Assembly: GCF_004010195.1 (NCBI RefSeq)
Contig: NC_057718.1
Location: 9,497,266 to 9,517,265, forward strand
DNA length: 20,000 nucleotides
Source of the DNA: Chiloscyllium plagiosum
Taxonomy: Eukaryota
Reading direction: 5' to 3'
Shown: in pieces, positions 1 to 13,239 of the stretch
Numbering within the stretch: the stretch's first letter is position 1
Layout of the letters: each line of letters begins with the position of its first letter
Notes under the pieces: model-generated
What the model was told of the DNA's origin: nothing
What the model saw: only the letters and a program-made list of their open reading frames with translations
Databases searched by the model: none
Position numbers and translations under genes: made by a program

Positions 1-270
1 TCCTAGAGGCCTAGCATTCAAGCCGGAACTCCATTAACAAACATACAGGCTTGGGCCCCATTTATCAACCTCTCAGAAACAGAACTGGAAGTGATATCAC
101 CCACTACAACAGACCAAGGCACATAAATAGCAAATGGTTCAGAACACTAGTGCTTTACCGGAGGCTCACTGATGATGTTACTGAGCATGGTGACGAAACA
201 TCTGAGAACAAACCCATCAGCTCATTGAGTAACCCGTCAACCAGAATAGACCTTAAACACCTCCCAAACA
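1..270 (+). mobile_element. Penelope-like retroelement, degenerate 3' end (end of GIY-YIG-type ORF plus pLTR)
   Basis: Frame 3 from nt 3 reads LEA*HSSRNSINKHTGLGPIYQPL, resembling the LEAWHS..SINRHIDLDPIY C-terminus of Penelope-type ORFs (recalled, not searched). A hammerhead motif follows, as is typical of PLE pLTRs. Right boundary is approximate. Confidence 0.7.
165..206 (+). ncRNA. Minimal type I hammerhead ribozyme motif (PLE type, probably decayed)
   Basis: ctca-CTGATGA-t-GTTAC-tgagcatg-GTGAC-GAAAC-ATC-tgag. Stem I is CTCA/TGAG, core CUGAUGA at 169-175, stem II GUUAC/GUGAC, GAAA at 195-198, NUH triplet AUC at 200-202. Confidence 0.7.
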
Positions 271-535
271 TTTAGTTTCTTTTCCCTCCAGGAAGGCAGG
301 AGGGGTAGAAAATCAAAAGCAAACATACATGTCCTCTTCTACTTTTTGCCAACTCCCCAGTCACTAAGCTCCCAAGTTTGTAGTCTGTTCCCTCAGTACA
401 GTCAGTTGTTGTGGCTGTAAAAAATAACTCTGTGTTAAAAGACAGCTGAACTGATGCTAGGCTGGACCTATCTGAGTATTAATGTGTCACTGAGAAGGGG
501 ATCATTGGTGTTTTCCTGGTAATCTCCAAAGATTC

Positions 536-614
536 AAAAAGTGTGGTGCTGAAAAAGCACAGGCAGCATCCGAGGAACAGAAGAGTCGACGTTTCGAGCA
601 CAAGCTCTTTCTCA
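536..614 (-). mobile_element. Short Penelope-derived element with hammerhead remnant, flanked by a 16-bp TSD
   Basis: TAATCTCCAAAGATTC occurs exactly at 520-535 and 615-630. The minus strand reads tgagaaa-GAGC-ttgt-GCTC-GAAACGTC-gactc...ggatgctgcctgtgc..., homologous to 9867-9960. Confidence 0.75.
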
Positions 615-851
615 TAATCTCCAAAGATTCCCAGCAATTCCAGCATTCTCATTGTTGCCTGACACTTCCCAACATTTCCAGGTGATCATTGGCATTCCCC
701 AGTGATGGAATATCCCTGTATCCCCCGGAGATCCCTAGATGTCCCAGTGATCCCTAGTGATTGCTGACATTCCCGATGCCCTTCTGAGGTCACAGGGGAA
801 TGTGTTTCCCCTGTTATCCCAGAGCAGTGCAGTGACAGAGCGAGACAGTGA

Positions 852-1133
<282 letters not shown>

Positions 1134-1279
1134 TAAAAGGTGGCTTTGTAAAATACACACACTGTAGTCTAAACCTCATTGACACATCTCATTTGGCCCA
1201 TTGATCTGCTAAAGTGAAGGGAAGGATTGGGTGTTTAAAATGTCACCTCGAAAATATCACCACTTTGACAGATCTCAGA

Positions 1280-1672
1280 TCTGGATCACAAAGGGGACAG
1301 AGTCGATCCCACAGGGGAGTAAGTGGATCTTAATGGTGTGGGGAATGGATCACACGGGGAGAGAGTGGATTATACAGGGGAGTAAGTGGATCTTAATGGT
1401 GTGGGGAATGGATCACACGGGGAGAGAGTGGATTATACAGGGGAGAGAGCGTATTTTATTGGTGCGAGAAGCAGATCACACAGCAGAGAGAGTGGATCAC
1501 ACAGGGAAGACTGTGGATCTTATTGGTGCGGAAAATGGGTCATGCAAAAGGGACAGTAGATCATATTGGTGCGGGAAATTGATCATACTGTGGAGAAAGT
1601 AGATTGCATTGGTGTGGGAAACTGATCACATAGTTGAGGGAATGGATCACATGGCTGAGGGAATGGATCCCC
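1280..1672. repeat. Degenerate minisatellite, ~21-bp GGATC-containing units, with an exact 63-bp tandem duplication
   Basis: 1311-1373 is identical to 1374-1436. GGATCACA and GGATCTTA subunits recur throughout. Confidence 0.85.
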
Positions 1673-1749
1673 CAGTGAGGGAGTTGAGGGCACGAGGAAA
1701 TGGGAACTGTCGACACATGTGCCTTGCTGTCTGTTTGTGTGTACCCTGA

Positions 1750-2444
<695 letters not shown>

Positions 2445-3014
2445 CACACACACAGACAGGGATATACACACATTCTCACACCTGGGATCTGTGGTACACC
2501 TAGCAGCCAATGCTAACCACTGTTGGTCCGATTTCTTTCTGGATTTACTGCACAGGATGAAATATATAAAAGGGTGTAAAGATAACAGCCTCGATTTCTC
2601 AATGGGAACACAGTCTTTGCCCAAGTGTAGGTTGGATTCCGCAGAAGCTCTGAAGTAGCACCTCTTCTTGAATTGACCCAGAATCTGAAACTTCCAATGG
2701 CCAATCAGTTGATGTCTGGAAAGCTCTGAGAAAGTTCCTAAATCTGAGAGACTTTTGTTTCACCCTTCTGAGCAATATCTAGGAAAATCAGAGCAGTTAA
2801 ACTTCCTCGAACTTTAAACTGACACCTGCACTCAGCTACACTGACCCTCATGAGTCCCTACAGAGACTAATCCTAAATTTATCCCCCAACATGAACATCA
2901 GATACCCCTGTCCTCAACCCCAACATCCCAGAGGGTCAACACTGTCCCCCCATTCCAAAATAACTTACCACACTGACTCCCACCCCCTGAATCTCTTAAA
3001 ACAATTCCCCCAAC

Positions 3015-3560
3015 TCATCCACCCACACACACACACTCTCACACTTCCACACTCACATACACACACACATGCATACACACACAAATACAGATGCCAGTTC
3101 CCACCACTGCCACCTCCTTTCTTTACCCCACCGCAACCCAACCCTGCCGCTCAACATGACCTCCTTATCTACCCCCAAGCAGCCACCCAGTCTCTGATCC
3201 ACCACACACCTGCACCCACCTTCCACCTGGCACCAATAACTCTTCGCCCACTTGGCACCCCATACTCTCACTTACCTGGCTCTTTCAGCCTCTCACTCAC
3301 CAGGCATCCCTGCTCTCCATGACCTGGTACCAATACCCTCTCATTTACTTGCCACCTACACCCTTTCACTGACCTTGCACCTAACCTGGCATAAATATCA
3401 TTCATTCAGCACTCTCTCCCTCAACCACCTGTCACCTCTAACCCTCATCCACCCAGCACTCTAACCCCTCATCTATGAGACATTATACTCCCTCACTCAT
3501 CTGGGACCTTACCCTTTCACCCACCTGCCACCTGACCTCCTGAATTACTTTTACTCCCTT
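3015..3560. repeat. (CA)n run followed by a C-rich degenerate tandem repeat
   Basis: CA run at about 3020-3085. Recurrent CCCTCACTCACCTGGCACC-like units at about 3220-3540. Confidence 0.6.
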
Positions 3561-3835
3561 AACTTCTCCCAGGGCCCATAAGCCACAGGAGATGGCAGCT
3601 GGGAAAGAAGGAATGGGCGTGTGGATTCCTGGATTTATCCACACTGCTTCAGGCCATGGGCCTTGACATTAGCACGATAAATGTTCACTCTGAGATAAGG
3701 CAGAATGAGGAATTAGCACCAAGATCAGGATACCAGTGCCAACTGAAATACATCGTTTTAAATTCTCCGTTGACTTTTCTCCCAGATGTTGCTCACTGCC
3801 ATGTGAAAGGGATTGGGCACCAATATCCTGTAGCA

Positions 3836-3965
3836 AAAGAAATCTCCTGGCTTCACCTAGTCTGGCCTGCACATGACTCCAGACCCATAGCAATGAGGTT
3901 ACCTCTTCACTCTAAACATGGTTAAGTAGGTCCCTCAGTTCAAGACCAGCTAGCGACGCTCAATA
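3836..3965 (+). mobile_element. 3' fragment of a tRNA-type SINE (same family as 14990-15372 and 17131-17868)
   Basis: TCTGGCCTGCACATGACTCCAGACCCATAGCAATGAGGTT matches 15235-15262 and the reverse complement of 17598-17637. Confidence 0.65.
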
Positions 3966-4383
3966 TAGGAAGGTCCTATGTAAATGATCTATAGGAAGTC
4001 CTCAAAGCTCAACAATGAGCATGAAATGACATTGGAAATCAGGAATACCACACACTCCGAACATTCTGGAACATCCCCCTCTTCATTAACGTTGGGATCT
4101 CCCTGTGCCTCTCTGTTTATTCTCCATTCCTTGTTACAGAAGGATTTCAATCAGTGAAGTCCCGCCTTTAACGGCTGAAGGGAGTTCACAGAAAGGTGGT
4201 GAGCATAACACTGGCAATACCCAGCACCCATTTCCCATCGGCTGTTAGTAATCCTGCCAGGTCTCCAATGGTGGGTGGTCTAATGAACCCTGATCAAAGG
4301 GTCACAGGGCTGCAGGTTTGGGTGGTCAGGATTTGTTGATCTCCCGAGCCAGTCACGTCCTGTTGGTGGGGTATAGCCATTGA

Positions 4384-6099
<1,716 letters not shown>

Positions 6100-6144
6100 A
6101 TTAGTGGTTCAACCAATTATTAGACAACCAAACGCCCATAAAAA

Positions 6145-6466
6145 GCAGCACAGTGGCTCAGTGGTTAACACTACTGCCTCACAGCACCAGGGATCCGGGT
6201 TCAATTCCACCTCTGGTGACTGTGTGGAGTTTGTACTTTCTCCCTGTGTCCAAGTGGGTTTCCTCTGGGTGCTCTGGTTTCCTCTCACTGTCCAACGATG
6301 AGCAGGTTATGGTGGATTGGCCATGGGAAATCGTCCATTGTGTCCAAGGATGTGCAGGCTAGCCATGAGAAATGCAGGGGTACAGGGATAGGGTGGGTCT
6401 GGATGGGATGCTCTTTGGAGGGTCAGTGTGGACCCAATGGGCTGAATGGACTGCGTCCATGATTCT
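6145..6466 (+). mobile_element. tRNA-derived V-SINE (HE1-like)
   Basis: Head GTGGCTCAGTGGTTAACACTACTGCCTCACAGCACCAGGGATCCGGGTTCAATTCC with A- and B-box-like motifs, plus the same central domain as the 2138 copy. Confidence 0.85.
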
Positions 6467-6967
6467 TTAAAGGTAAAAGAACGTCACAGAATCAGACTGC
6501 CCGAAGTAGGAAATCCCTGTACACTACGGATGTGGTCAGCACTGCAGCCTTACCTCCAGACAGTATCTGTAAACTGATAGACCAGGATCACAGGTATCTG
6601 TAAACCAACATATCTGGATCATAGGTAGCTGCACTGAAGGATTTGCTATTGCCTTCGTTGAAACAAAAAAGGATTATGTCCTTGAGGTCATAATATCATT
6701 CCACAACCTGCAACTGGGAGGAGGGTGAGGGCGAGGAAGGACAGGATGCTGGAGGAGCGTCTCAGGTCCCTATGTTGCAGCCATTAGGAGATGTGGGTGG
6801 GACAAGCATGAGACATCTTTTCCTTGCCATCAACACTTTACAAGATACACGGTCATGTTGGGTCCCAAATATTTTCCTGAAACATGGGTGTTCTTGTTCT
6901 TGAGAAGGTGAAATTTGGATTAAAGTGATTGTTTGAGGCGTCTCTTTCTCTGTCTCTCTTCAAACAG

Positions 6968-7042
6968 CTGCTCAATCAAGCATCTGAGTGGAAGGTGCAA
7001 ACCAACATCATGAAGGAACAGGAAACCCTGCTGCGAGCCCAG
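6968..7042 (+). CDS. txlnb: Beta-taxilin-like internal coding exon (25 aa)
   Basis: Polypyrimidine tract then aaacag|CTG...CAG|gtgaat. Encodes LLNQASEWKVQTNIMKEQETLLRAQ, close to beta-taxilin LLNQAAEWKLQ (recalled). Confidence 0.93.
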
Positions 7043-7263
7043 GTGAATTGTGTACAGGTGTCTGGGGACTCAGACAGAGCTCACAGACTGAAATTTAAAC
7101 TCCTTACATTGTCATGATCATGATCCACCTGGAAATTACACAAACACACACTGTATTCACAGACAGTGGGCTTTTTCAATCAGTTCTGTATTGTCTGACA
7201 GGGATGGAAGGTAGACTCTTTAGGAGAAGCTAAACAGGAATAAGCAAGAGGCATAAAAATGCG

Positions 7264-7539
7264 TTTTAATGATGCTGGCTGGGAAATAACTATCAACCAC
7301 AACACCAGGAAGAATTCACTGGCTGTTTTCAAAAGGTGCCATGGGATCTGATTCAAGCAGGTCAAAGAGATCTCCGTTTTATCCCTGCACCAGAAAGAAA
7401 CAGCACCTTCAGCAATGCAGCACTCCCTCAGCCCTGTACTGGGGGATGTCAATCAGAACACAAGGCTCAACTACCTAAAGTGGAGCTTGAACTCACAATC
7501 ATTAAGTGTAGAGGCAAGAGCACTGCCTGGAGAGCCACA
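7264..7539 (-). mobile_element. Deu-domain SINE (SacSINE1/AmnSINE-like), diverged
   Basis: Plus-strand motifs GTGCCATGGGATC, CAGCACCTTCAGCAATGCAGCACTCCCTCAG and CTTGAACTCACAA (reverse B box). Shared with the other copies listed. Confidence 0.7.
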
Positions 7540-7859
7540 TTGCAATGCTGCAAGCTTCCCACTTGTATTGTTATTATTATTGGCCATTTTCCTGTGTCAA
7601 CTGTGTTTTGTGATGTCAACAGTCACAATATGGCAGGACATGTCCACCATGTGGCTCTATGGAACAGGTTTCTAAACTCACACATAAATCATTTCCATCA
7701 ACTGGCCAACTGGTTTGGTACAACAGTTCACCACAATCCTGGGTACATAAAGTCTGCATTTTGTTTCAGCTGCATTTTGTTTCAACAATCTCAAGATAAA
7801 CTAAATTGTTTTGCAGGCACCTCTGTACAGTATAAAGCACTGATTCCCACAGCAACCAA

Positions 7860-8111
7860 ATCAGCTGTTTTAGTGATGTTCAGGAGAGATAGTTATCAGC
7901 CAGCGCATAGGCAGAACTTCCCTCCTTCTCCTAAAATAGCATTGGTAGGCAGGGATTGTTTAATATCTCATTCGGGAGACTGTATCTCTGACAGTGCAGC
8001 ACTCCCTCAGTACTGCACTGTAAGCCTGTGTTGTTTTTGCATTCTGTTCTTTGCATCAGCCCACAACCCCTTGGACTCATGAGACAAGCATGTTACACAC
8101 CGAGCACAGCT
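7860..8111 (-). mobile_element. Deu-domain SINE, diverged
   Basis: CTGTTTTAGTGATGTT...ACAGTGCAGCACTCCCTCAGTACTGCACTG...CCCACAACC. Confidence 0.7.
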
Positions 8112-9390
8112 ACTACCTAAGCTTAACATAAATCCTAAAGCATGTGATTTAACCACAATGGCCATTAGCTTTATTGTATATTTTACATCTCAGATCTCTG
8201 TAGAGATTATGTTAATTTCTATGCATATGTCATGTTTTATTCAGTGTTTAAAATGTCTCCTTCATAATTATAGCCATTTCTTGCACTTTCTACAATTTTA
8301 TTTACGTTTCTTGGACTCTACATCTGGTCTTAACCACAGTAAGCATCAATAGAAGAGATACGTAATCAAATACAGAACAATTGAACACTACAGCTTGTAA
8401 CATTGTTATTGCAGGGCTAGGCTGCCTGATTGTATTAATGTGCAAAGTTTAAAGTAATCAGAGTTTCTCTGTCTTAATGGATCCAATGCCAATGTAACAT
8501 TGAGAATTGAGAGATTCCAAAGATTCACAATCTCCTGCTGTCTCACCAGGCAGGCTAGCTAAAAGTAAATTTCTACATTCACATTGCTCATTCCCAATTA
8601 AATATTTTATGGAATTCTTGAACTGTTGCAAGAGTGACTGCTGAAGGAAGGAAATCTGCCTGGTGGGTGAGATAGTATTATGGGCAGTAAATGAAGGTTA
8701 CAAGGATGCGACATTTGAGCTGATCGTTTTCATATGAACCAAACGTTGTGGGAAATGGGTGATGACATGGGGTACTGCTGCAATTAAAGGGCTAATGCTA
8801 GGACAAGCCTGGTGAGCTCAGTCAAGATCATAAGAAATAGGAGTTCAACGTGATTTCAAGCTGAGAAATAGGTACATAGCCCCCCTTGCAAGCTGCGAGT
8901 GGATCAATTTCGAAATAACCAGCAGTGAACGCTTACTCTTAAACAAGATCAAGGTTAGTTTATTACACTGTTGTAAGCTATTTAAGTTAAAGAGATGAAA
9001 TTACTACTAAAGGCATACAAGGATGAGATGCAATCAGTAGCTATAACAATCTTTAGGATTCCAATGCAAGCTGTAGATTGCAATTGAAAGTGTAGAGTGA
9101 AGGTCAGAGGTTGAGGAGTTGTGTTCAGCAGCTGGATGGTTTCTGTAATTGACAGAATTTGCCTTTATGGTCAATAGAGCAACTTGAGGGTTCCTTAAAG
9201 GTTCAGCCGGTATGAATTTTGAATAAGTTTTGTTTTGGAAGGACAGGGGTGACTCTTCGTCCTGGGCAGCTTCTTCTGTAATTCCCGGAACTCCAATCTC
9301 ACGTGCAGTTCACAATTAGCTCAGTCAAGAACAGCGACCGAAGCTGTCTTCATAGTTTCTGCTCAGATCGCTGCTCAAATTGGCCAGACC

Positions 9391-9807
9391 CATAGAATCA
9401 TGGAAGGTAGCAGCGGGAGGAGGCCATTCAGCCCTTCGAGCTTACTCCACCATTCATCACAATCATGGCTGATCATCCAATTCAATAGCCTAATCGTGCT
9501 TTCTCCTCATAACCTCTGATCCCATTCGCCCCAAATGCTATCTCTAGCCGCCTCTTAAATATATTCAATGTTTTGGCATCAACTTCTTCCTGTGGTAATG
9601 AATTCCACAGGTTCACCACTCTTTGGGTGAAGATATATCCCCTCATCTCCATCCTAAATGGTCCACCCCAAACCCTCAGATTGTGACCCCCTGGTTCTGG
9701 ATGCACCCATCATTGGGAACATCCTCCCTGCATCTACCATGTCTAATCCTGTTAGAATTTTATAAGTCTCTATGAGATTCCCCCCTCACTCATCTGAACT
9801 CCAGTGA
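9391..9807 (-). mobile_element. CR1-clade LINE 3' fragment (different subfamily)
   Basis: Minus ORF 9482-9706 reads GHNLRV...FTQRVVNLWNSLPQEEVDAKTLNIFKRRL, homologous to the CR1 C-terminus. The tail lies at the 9391 end. Confidence 0.85.
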
Positions 9808-9866
9808 CTATTTCTTATGTTCTACCTTAAACCAAAATGAGAATGTGCTGGTCTGTGTGTGACACT

Positions 9867-9960
9867 TTCCTGAAGAAGGGCCTGTGCCCGAAGCGTCGAA
9901 TCTCCTGTTCCCTGGATGCTGCCTGACCTGCTGTGCTGTTCCAGCAATAAAGTTTCAACT
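9867..9960 (+). mobile_element. Short Penelope-derived element starting with a minimal hammerhead motif
   Basis: ttc-CTGAAGA-a-GGGC-ctgt-GCCC-GAAGC-GTC-gaa, then TCTCCTGTTCCCTGGATGCTGCCTGACCTGCTGTGCTGTTCCAGCAATAAA. Homologous to the reverse complement of 536-614. Confidence 0.75.
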
Positions 9961-10406
9961 GAAGACAATACTACCCAGTCAAGCTCTCCTCAAACATCAG
10001 TCCCACCATCCCCGAGATCAGCCTGGCAAACCTTCACTGTAATCCCGCAAGACACGAAACGGAACAAAACCCAATTTAGCTGCTATCTCAAACTGCTAAA
10101 TGATGCTTCGATATAAGACATTGGTTAGCCCAAGTCTATAACATAGTCCTATCCATTGCCTTTTGACTCGGTTAATTAACTTTCTAACCACATCAGCTGT
10201 TCACTTCATCAGCTCCAACTCTCCTGAGGAGCTACTCAGATCTCTAGGGATGACGCTGAGTTTACATTTAACTTTGCTGAAACATTCACTGAACTTCAAA
10301 CATCTCTTGCGATCCTTCTTAAGGTAGAGATGGCCAGGATCCAAATGCAGTCGTGACCACGAGAGAAGCCGGGTTACTTTTGAGATCCATGCTTTAAAGC
10401 CCCTAC

Positions 10407-10478
10407 CAGCCATGATCCTATTGAATGATGGAGCAGGTTCAAGGGTCTGAACAGCCTGCCCTTGTTCCTATTGCTATT
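10407..10478 (+). mobile_element. Short CR1 3' tail fragment
   Basis: CAGCCATGATCCTATTGAATGATGGAGCAGGTTCAAGGGTCTGAACAGCCT resembles 18244-18290 and the reverse complement of 9420-9470. Confidence 0.6.
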
Positions 10479-10952
10479 GCTAAGTGAATATTGCTACCAA
10501 ACATATAAAATTATAACTACATCTTTGTGACAGCCCATCAGGTCTGCTCATGCTGCTGTGGCTGATCAAATTTGGCCTTAATTCTATTTTCTTCCGTGTC
10601 TAAGTTGGTGGAGGTGGCATATTTGTCTTTAGCTTAAAGGCTCTTTGACTCTTCTTCCTCCTCTCTTGTTCCGTCCCTTAACTGAAGGAGGCAGTTGGCC
10701 GGCCAACATTGTCACCTGACAAGGACTGACCCCTGACCTCCGAGCATTTGTGAACATTACCTGATTTCTAGGGGCTGCAAGTTTACACTATGTCAGTCAT
10801 AGCATCCATTTGAATTGTTCCAGCAAGGTACACAGGGCAATGATTTTCAGTACTCAGAGAAGCACAAAGGTCATTGTCCCCTTTCCCACCTTCACCTGAA
10901 GATCAGTTTTCTTTTTTTTTGCAAACAAAACCTTTAGTTTCTTCACAAAAGG

Positions 10953-11150
10953 CAAAGAACTGTGGTTGCTGGGAATCTGAAGCAAAAACAGAGTGTCAGA
11001 AAAACTCTGCAGTTCTGGCAGCATCTGTGGAGAGAGAAACAGAGGTAACATTTCCAGTGCAGTGAACCTGTGACGCAAAACATTAACTCTGTTTCTCTTC
11101 CCATAGATACTGCGAGACCTGCTGAGTTTCTCCAGCACTCTCTGCTTTTG
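10953..11150. mobile_element. Head-to-head inverted pair of short Penelope-like pLTR fragments
   Basis: 10983-11053 aligns with the reverse complement of 11077-11150. The right arm GATACTGCGAGACCTGCTGAGTTTCTCCAGCA resembles 9915-9946. Confidence 0.7.
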
Positions 11151-11313
11151 TTTTATTTTCTTAAACCTTGCATTGATAACTGTTACATGTGGTGCCAGAT
11201 AGTTCTTAGATGTAAGCCCATGCAACACAGAGATCCTTGCAACCTTTATTGAGTCTTCTTTGTGTCCTTGTTCCCTCAAGATAGGTCCTGTCTTATGAGA
11301 AGAAAATAACTCA

Positions 11314-11825
11314 CAGGAAGGATATTATTAAGCTGGAGAGGGTTGAGAAGAGATTTACCAGGATGTTGCTGGGTCTGGAAAGTTTGAGTTATAAAGATAG
11401 GCTGGATAAGCTGGGTCATTTTTCAGTGGAGCGTAGGAGGTTGAGAGGCAACCTGATAGAAGTTTATAAAATAATGAGGTGTATAGATAGAGTTAACGGT
11501 AGGTGTCTTTTCCCTCAGATGGGGGATTTCAAGACGGGAGTGGCACATTTTTAAGGTGACAGGAGAAAAATTTTAAAAAGACATGAGGGGCAATTTTATT
11601 TGCAGAGGATGGTCTGAATGCAGAATGAACTTCCTGAGGAAGTAGTGGATTTGGGTACAATTACGTTGAAAAGACATTTGAATAAATACATGAATAAGAA
11701 AGGTTTGGAGGGATATAGACCAGGAGCAGGCAGGTGGGACTAGTTTAGTTTGGGATTATGGTCGGCGTGGACTGGTTGGACCGAAGGGTCTGTTTCCATG
11801 CTGGACAACTCTACGACTCTATGAC
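11314..11825 (+). mobile_element. CR1-clade LINE 3' fragment
   Basis: ORF 11363-11554 reads LSYKDRLDKLGHFSVERRRLRGNLIEVYKIM. Tail reads CTCTACGACTCTATGAC. Confidence 0.9.
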
Positions 11826-11880
11826 ATGAAATCTCATGCTACACGGAAAAAGAATCTCAATTCCTAATTCTCAGAGCTGA

Positions 11881-12024
<144 letters not shown>

Positions 12025-12325
12025 TGAGGGCAGTGACAGATCATTCAATTTCCAAGCGATGGAAGGCAGGATCCACACAGACTTTGCTACTTGCCCTGAT
12101 TTGGGAAGGAAGAGGGATTAATTTGTGAGGCTTCCAGGTGCAAAGACTCTCTGGTGGCGAATGTGGGTCTGAGCACAGAGGGTTAAGAATGGCATAGCCC
12201 TCCGCCTCTTAACAAAGCTCATGAGCTGCATTTCATGCAAATTCTTCCTGAAGTCTTAGTGGTCTTAACCCTTGTGATAAGTGTGAATGTTTGTCATCTG
12301 GAACCATAGCGAAAGAAATAAATAA

Positions 12326-12750
12326 ATTGCATTTATATAGCAACTTTTGCAAGACACATCAAAGCGCTTTAAAGCCAATGAAGTATTTTGTGAAGTGCAG
12401 TTAATGTCATAATTTAGAAACGCACGCAGGAAGATCTCACCAAGAGCAATGCGAAATTGACTAGCTCCATCTATTTTAATGATGTCAATTGAGAAGTGAG
12501 TACCTCGAAGGACACTGAATGGGTGTCATCTTACCTTTCCTTTCAAATATTTCCCTGGGGATCTTTTTGTATCCACTGGAGAAAGGAGACAGGGCCTTGA
12601 GTCAATGTCAACGCCCCTGACGGTGACGATCTCGCTCAGTATTGCACTGGCAGCACCAGTCTGGGTTACTTGTTCAAGAAGTTCGGATTGGAACTGTGTC
12701 TGACAGTCCACTCCTCCCTCTGAGCTGAGGGTCTTAGCCACTGTAGCCAC
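12326..12750 (-). mobile_element. Deu-domain SINE, near full length, diverged
   Basis: TTGCATTTATATAGC 3' end, then CAAAGCGCTTT, GGGATCTTTT, CTCAGTATTGCACTGG and CCACTGTAGCCAC. Confidence 0.65.
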
Positions 12751-13239
12751 TGTTTGGGGTATGGTGGTATGTTTCCACATAGTTTCACTGTCTATGTTGT
12801 TGGCACGCTGGTGGTGCTACAATTTATGTTGATCTTTGTTTAACAGTTTGGAATATCAGAGTCCCCAATATATGAAGCAGTGAGGGTGGTGCTGACACAT
12901 CAGAGACACATGTTTAACTGAAGGCAGGAGGGCGGCAGTCAATACAGAAATAAACATGCAACAGGCCTCATGGTCAGACTGTCAATAGACTGAAGTCTTA
13001 ATTGGACCCATTTGCAAAGAGAGAGAGAACGAAAGCCAGACCTCTAATAATATCGAGCCTTTCATTACCTCAGGGTGTACCAAAGCGTTATCATAGAATA
13101 TGATCATAGGATCATAGAATCGTTCTTTTTAGTATTTGTTCAAGGGGAATGAGTATGGCTGACTGGGTCAGCATTTACTGTCCATTCCTAATTGCGCTGG
13201 AGAAAGTGTGGGTGAGTACTTTTTTGTTGTGTAGTTGTT

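Noticed and set aside
275..310. Strong-looking acceptor TTTCTTTTCCCTCCAG at 291 as the preceding taxilin exon
   Set aside because: No frame downstream gives taxilin-like sequence, so the preceding exon must lie upstream of the window.
400..450. Muscle enhancer (E-boxes CAGTTG and CAGCTG with an AT-rich MEF2-like site)
   Set aside because: The AT-rich site is off-consensus in spacing, and such short motifs are expected by chance without conservation data.
1280..1672. CRISPR-like array
   Set aside because: There are no unique spacers, it is a degenerate tandem repeat, and the context is vertebrate.
6145..6215. tRNA genes at the SINE heads (also 2138 and 16672)
   Set aside because: The tRNA-like heads run directly into SINE bodies and lack a complete cloverleaf.
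7336..8082. 248-aa plus-strand ORF
   Set aside because: It spans two antisense Deu-SINE copies, has no recognisable domain, and has composition typical of non-coding DNA.
8825..9823. 15/16 inverted repeat (AGATCATAAGAAATAG / CTATTTCTTATGTTCT) as transposon TIRs
   Set aside because: The motif resembles common CR1 tail ends, and there is no TSD or transposase trace.
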